DNA of 64,000 bases from positions 10,728,001 through 10,792,000 of the forward strand of contig NC_045696.1 in the NCBI RefSeq assembly GCF_009834535.1, written 5' to 3'. Within the stretch, counting starts at the first letter, position 1. Each line of letters starts with the position of its first letter. This DNA is from Camelus ferus (Eukaryota). Below are positions 61,931 to 64,000 of the stretch, piece after piece. Below the pieces are notes generated by a model. That model saw nothing but the letters and a program-made list of their open reading frames with translations. It searched no databases and was not told the origin of the DNA. A program made the position numbers and the translations under genes.

Positions 61931-62689
61931 GGGCAGAGGAAGTTCAACAAGTTTGGGAAGGACTGTGCTTCCAAGTGTCTGCTTCAGCTCACAAATCAAA
62001 CCCAACAGCCACGGTCACGAGTTTCCTGCCTGCCTTGGGCTCCCCATCCTCGCCCTCATAGGAAGAAGCACCTCCGTGAGGCCTAAAGAAAGTCTACACC
62101 CAGAGGAGGTGTCAGCTGCCAACTTGACAAAAGATAAGAGCCAAGGTCATGGCCTCCTAATGGTGAACCAGCCTATTAGTTTAGCGATATGTGTCTCCAA
62201 TGTCAGCGTCATGCCCGGTGGAGATTAGATTTTTTATTATTCAGGAAGCCCCTTACTTGAAAATGAGAGAAACCTCTAGCAACTGCTGGAAATCCTTCTT
62301 TCAAAATAATAACAAGTAGAATCTTCACCTAAGAAACTTGGCTCCAGGCTCTTTTACATTCTGCTGTGCCCTTATGCTGGCTGAGGAGGAGGCGAGTGAT
62401 TCGAATCTGTGGGCTTTAAAAAAAAAAAAAAAAAGATGCCAATCAAATGTAAATGATGATCCCATTAAATAATGATTTTCATTCGAACTCAACAATACAA
62501 AATCTCAGACTTTGTGATTAGCTCTGTGTCAAACTTTTGCTCTTTTAAAATTTCTTTTAGCAGTTAATTTGTGATATTCTGCGATCATTTTTGGTTTGGG
62601 GGTTGAATTTTTTTTTTTTTTTAAGTACTGACCAAAAAAATCTTACTGCATTCAGTCTCCTGAGAATGTTGGGTCGAGTTTTTTGATCC

Positions 62690-62990
62690 CTGTGGCTCAT
62701 TGATTTGCGGGCTGATGTAGTACGAGGGGTCCTTATTAGTGGCGTCTGTCCCTGCTGTAATGTTTTTGTTATTTTTCCTCATTTGTTCACTCTGACATCA
62801 TGTCATTACAGAATGGTGCTGTTCAGGCCCTGCCTGGGCTGTTCGTTAGCGTGTGTTTAATGAGCAGCTTAATTGAGCTGTCTAGTAGGCCACCTGTCGC
62901 CCTCCGGACTTATTAACATACTAATGGCCTGACATTGTATTCTCTGACAGGCAACAGGGCTTACTGATTTGATGTCTGGACATGAGGATT
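62690..62990. promoter_or_regulatory. Candidate conserved non-coding element
   Basis: tttaatga, cttaattg, ttattaa, ctaatgg, TGACAG and the palindrome TGACATcATGTCA at 62793-62805. Confidence 0.5.
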
Positions 62991-63636
62991 TTATGCAGGA
63001 ATGAGAGCAGGCATTGGGAAGGAGGTTTAAAAAACCGCAAATTAACTCTTTGGTATCTCTGTGTTTATGGCTCTCTTGTGGAAAAAAAAAAAGTTTAACC
63101 CATCGCAGGCCAGGAAAGCATCTTCTAGGTCTCTTTGCAAACCCGGTTGTGGTTCTCCAGGAGAAAATAGGTTCCGCCTAAGAAGAGCAGGCTTTGTTTC
63201 GATTACAGTATTATTGTTGGGAACTGCTTCAAAGGAGAAATCTTCTGCAGCCCCGGGGAAAGTTTTGTGACTAGACTTTTCTCTACTGTGGCTAAACAAA
63301 CCAGAAGCAGCCATGCTCTGTTCAAGGGATTTGAGTGTGGTCTGCAGTCTCTGCCTTTTGAATCTGGCTGAGGACAGGACTGGGAATGCTACGCTCGGAG
63401 GGATGGCCAGAGCTCTCCCATGCATGTTGGTGGGGAACACTGGTTTTATTTGTGCTTTTCTTCTGGGTTTGTGTGATTGGGTCTTTCCCCCTGGCTTCTC
63501 TTTGCAGAAGCCGGAGGAAGAACTTCTGTCCTGGGAAATTTCAGGGGACTGAGTCTGGAGTGTGGGTATGGCACTCCCGCAGAGGGGACTAGAGGTCGCT
63601 TTTCTGTCCCCTCTGCTTTTCTCACTAGCTGTCTCG

Positions 63637-64000
63637 GAAAACTATAAAACTTTGATGAAAGAAATTGAAAAGCACAGAGATAGAAAGATGTATTCTTGGA
63701 TTGGAAGAATCAATATTGTTAAAATGATCATACTATCCAAGGCAATCTACAGATTCAATACAATCCCTATTAAATTATCAATGGCATTTTTTACAGAACT
63801 AGAACAAAAAATTTTTTTTTCCATTTGTATGGAAACACAAAAGAACCTGAATGGCCAAAACAATCTTGGAAGGAAAAATGAACCTGACTTCAGACTATAC
63901 TATAAAACCATAGTAATCAAAACAGCATGGTATTGGCACAAAAACAGACACATAGATCAATGGAACAGAACAGAAGGTCCAGAAATAAACAAAACCACAC
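63637..64000 (+). mobile_element. L1 ORF2 fragment (frameshifted; continues beyond the window)
   Basis: ttggattggaagaatcaatattgttaaaatg...aaggcaatctacagattcaat...cctgacttcagactatacta. Confidence 0.92.

Noticed and set aside
1..64000. CRISPR arrays, operons or other prokaryotic systems; identity of the neighbouring gene
   Set aside because: The sequence is clearly mammalian, with no regularly spaced repeats, and no exon was recognised that would name the locus.

Overview
This is non-coding mammalian genomic DNA, very probably camelid (alpaca, llama or camel), because five tRNA-derived SINEs match the Tylopoda vic-1 type. I can support no cellular protein-coding exon; the only recognisable protein sequence is LINE-1 ORF2 debris. 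The window alternates transposon fossils (L1, HAL1, L2, MIR, MaLR/ERV solo LTRs, hAT MITEs) with long repeat-poor stretches that carry homeobox/SOX/TCF-motif-dense blocks. That pattern suggests the regulatory desert or large intron of a developmental gene, which I cannot identify. The most striking structure is a young L1 insertion at 49020-50431: it has an exact 14-bp target-site duplication, a twin-priming 5' inversion and a ~190-bp 3' transduction with its own polyA signal, and it splits an ancient MIR. Also notable are a MER41-like solo LTR with an intact STAT GAS site, a shortened MER53 hairpin whose arms look homogenised, a near-full-length HAL1, nested LTRs and a strong CTCF motif. Repeat subfamily names come from my recollection of consensus sequences and need RepeatMasker/Dfam confirmation. 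Boundaries of old repeats are approximate.
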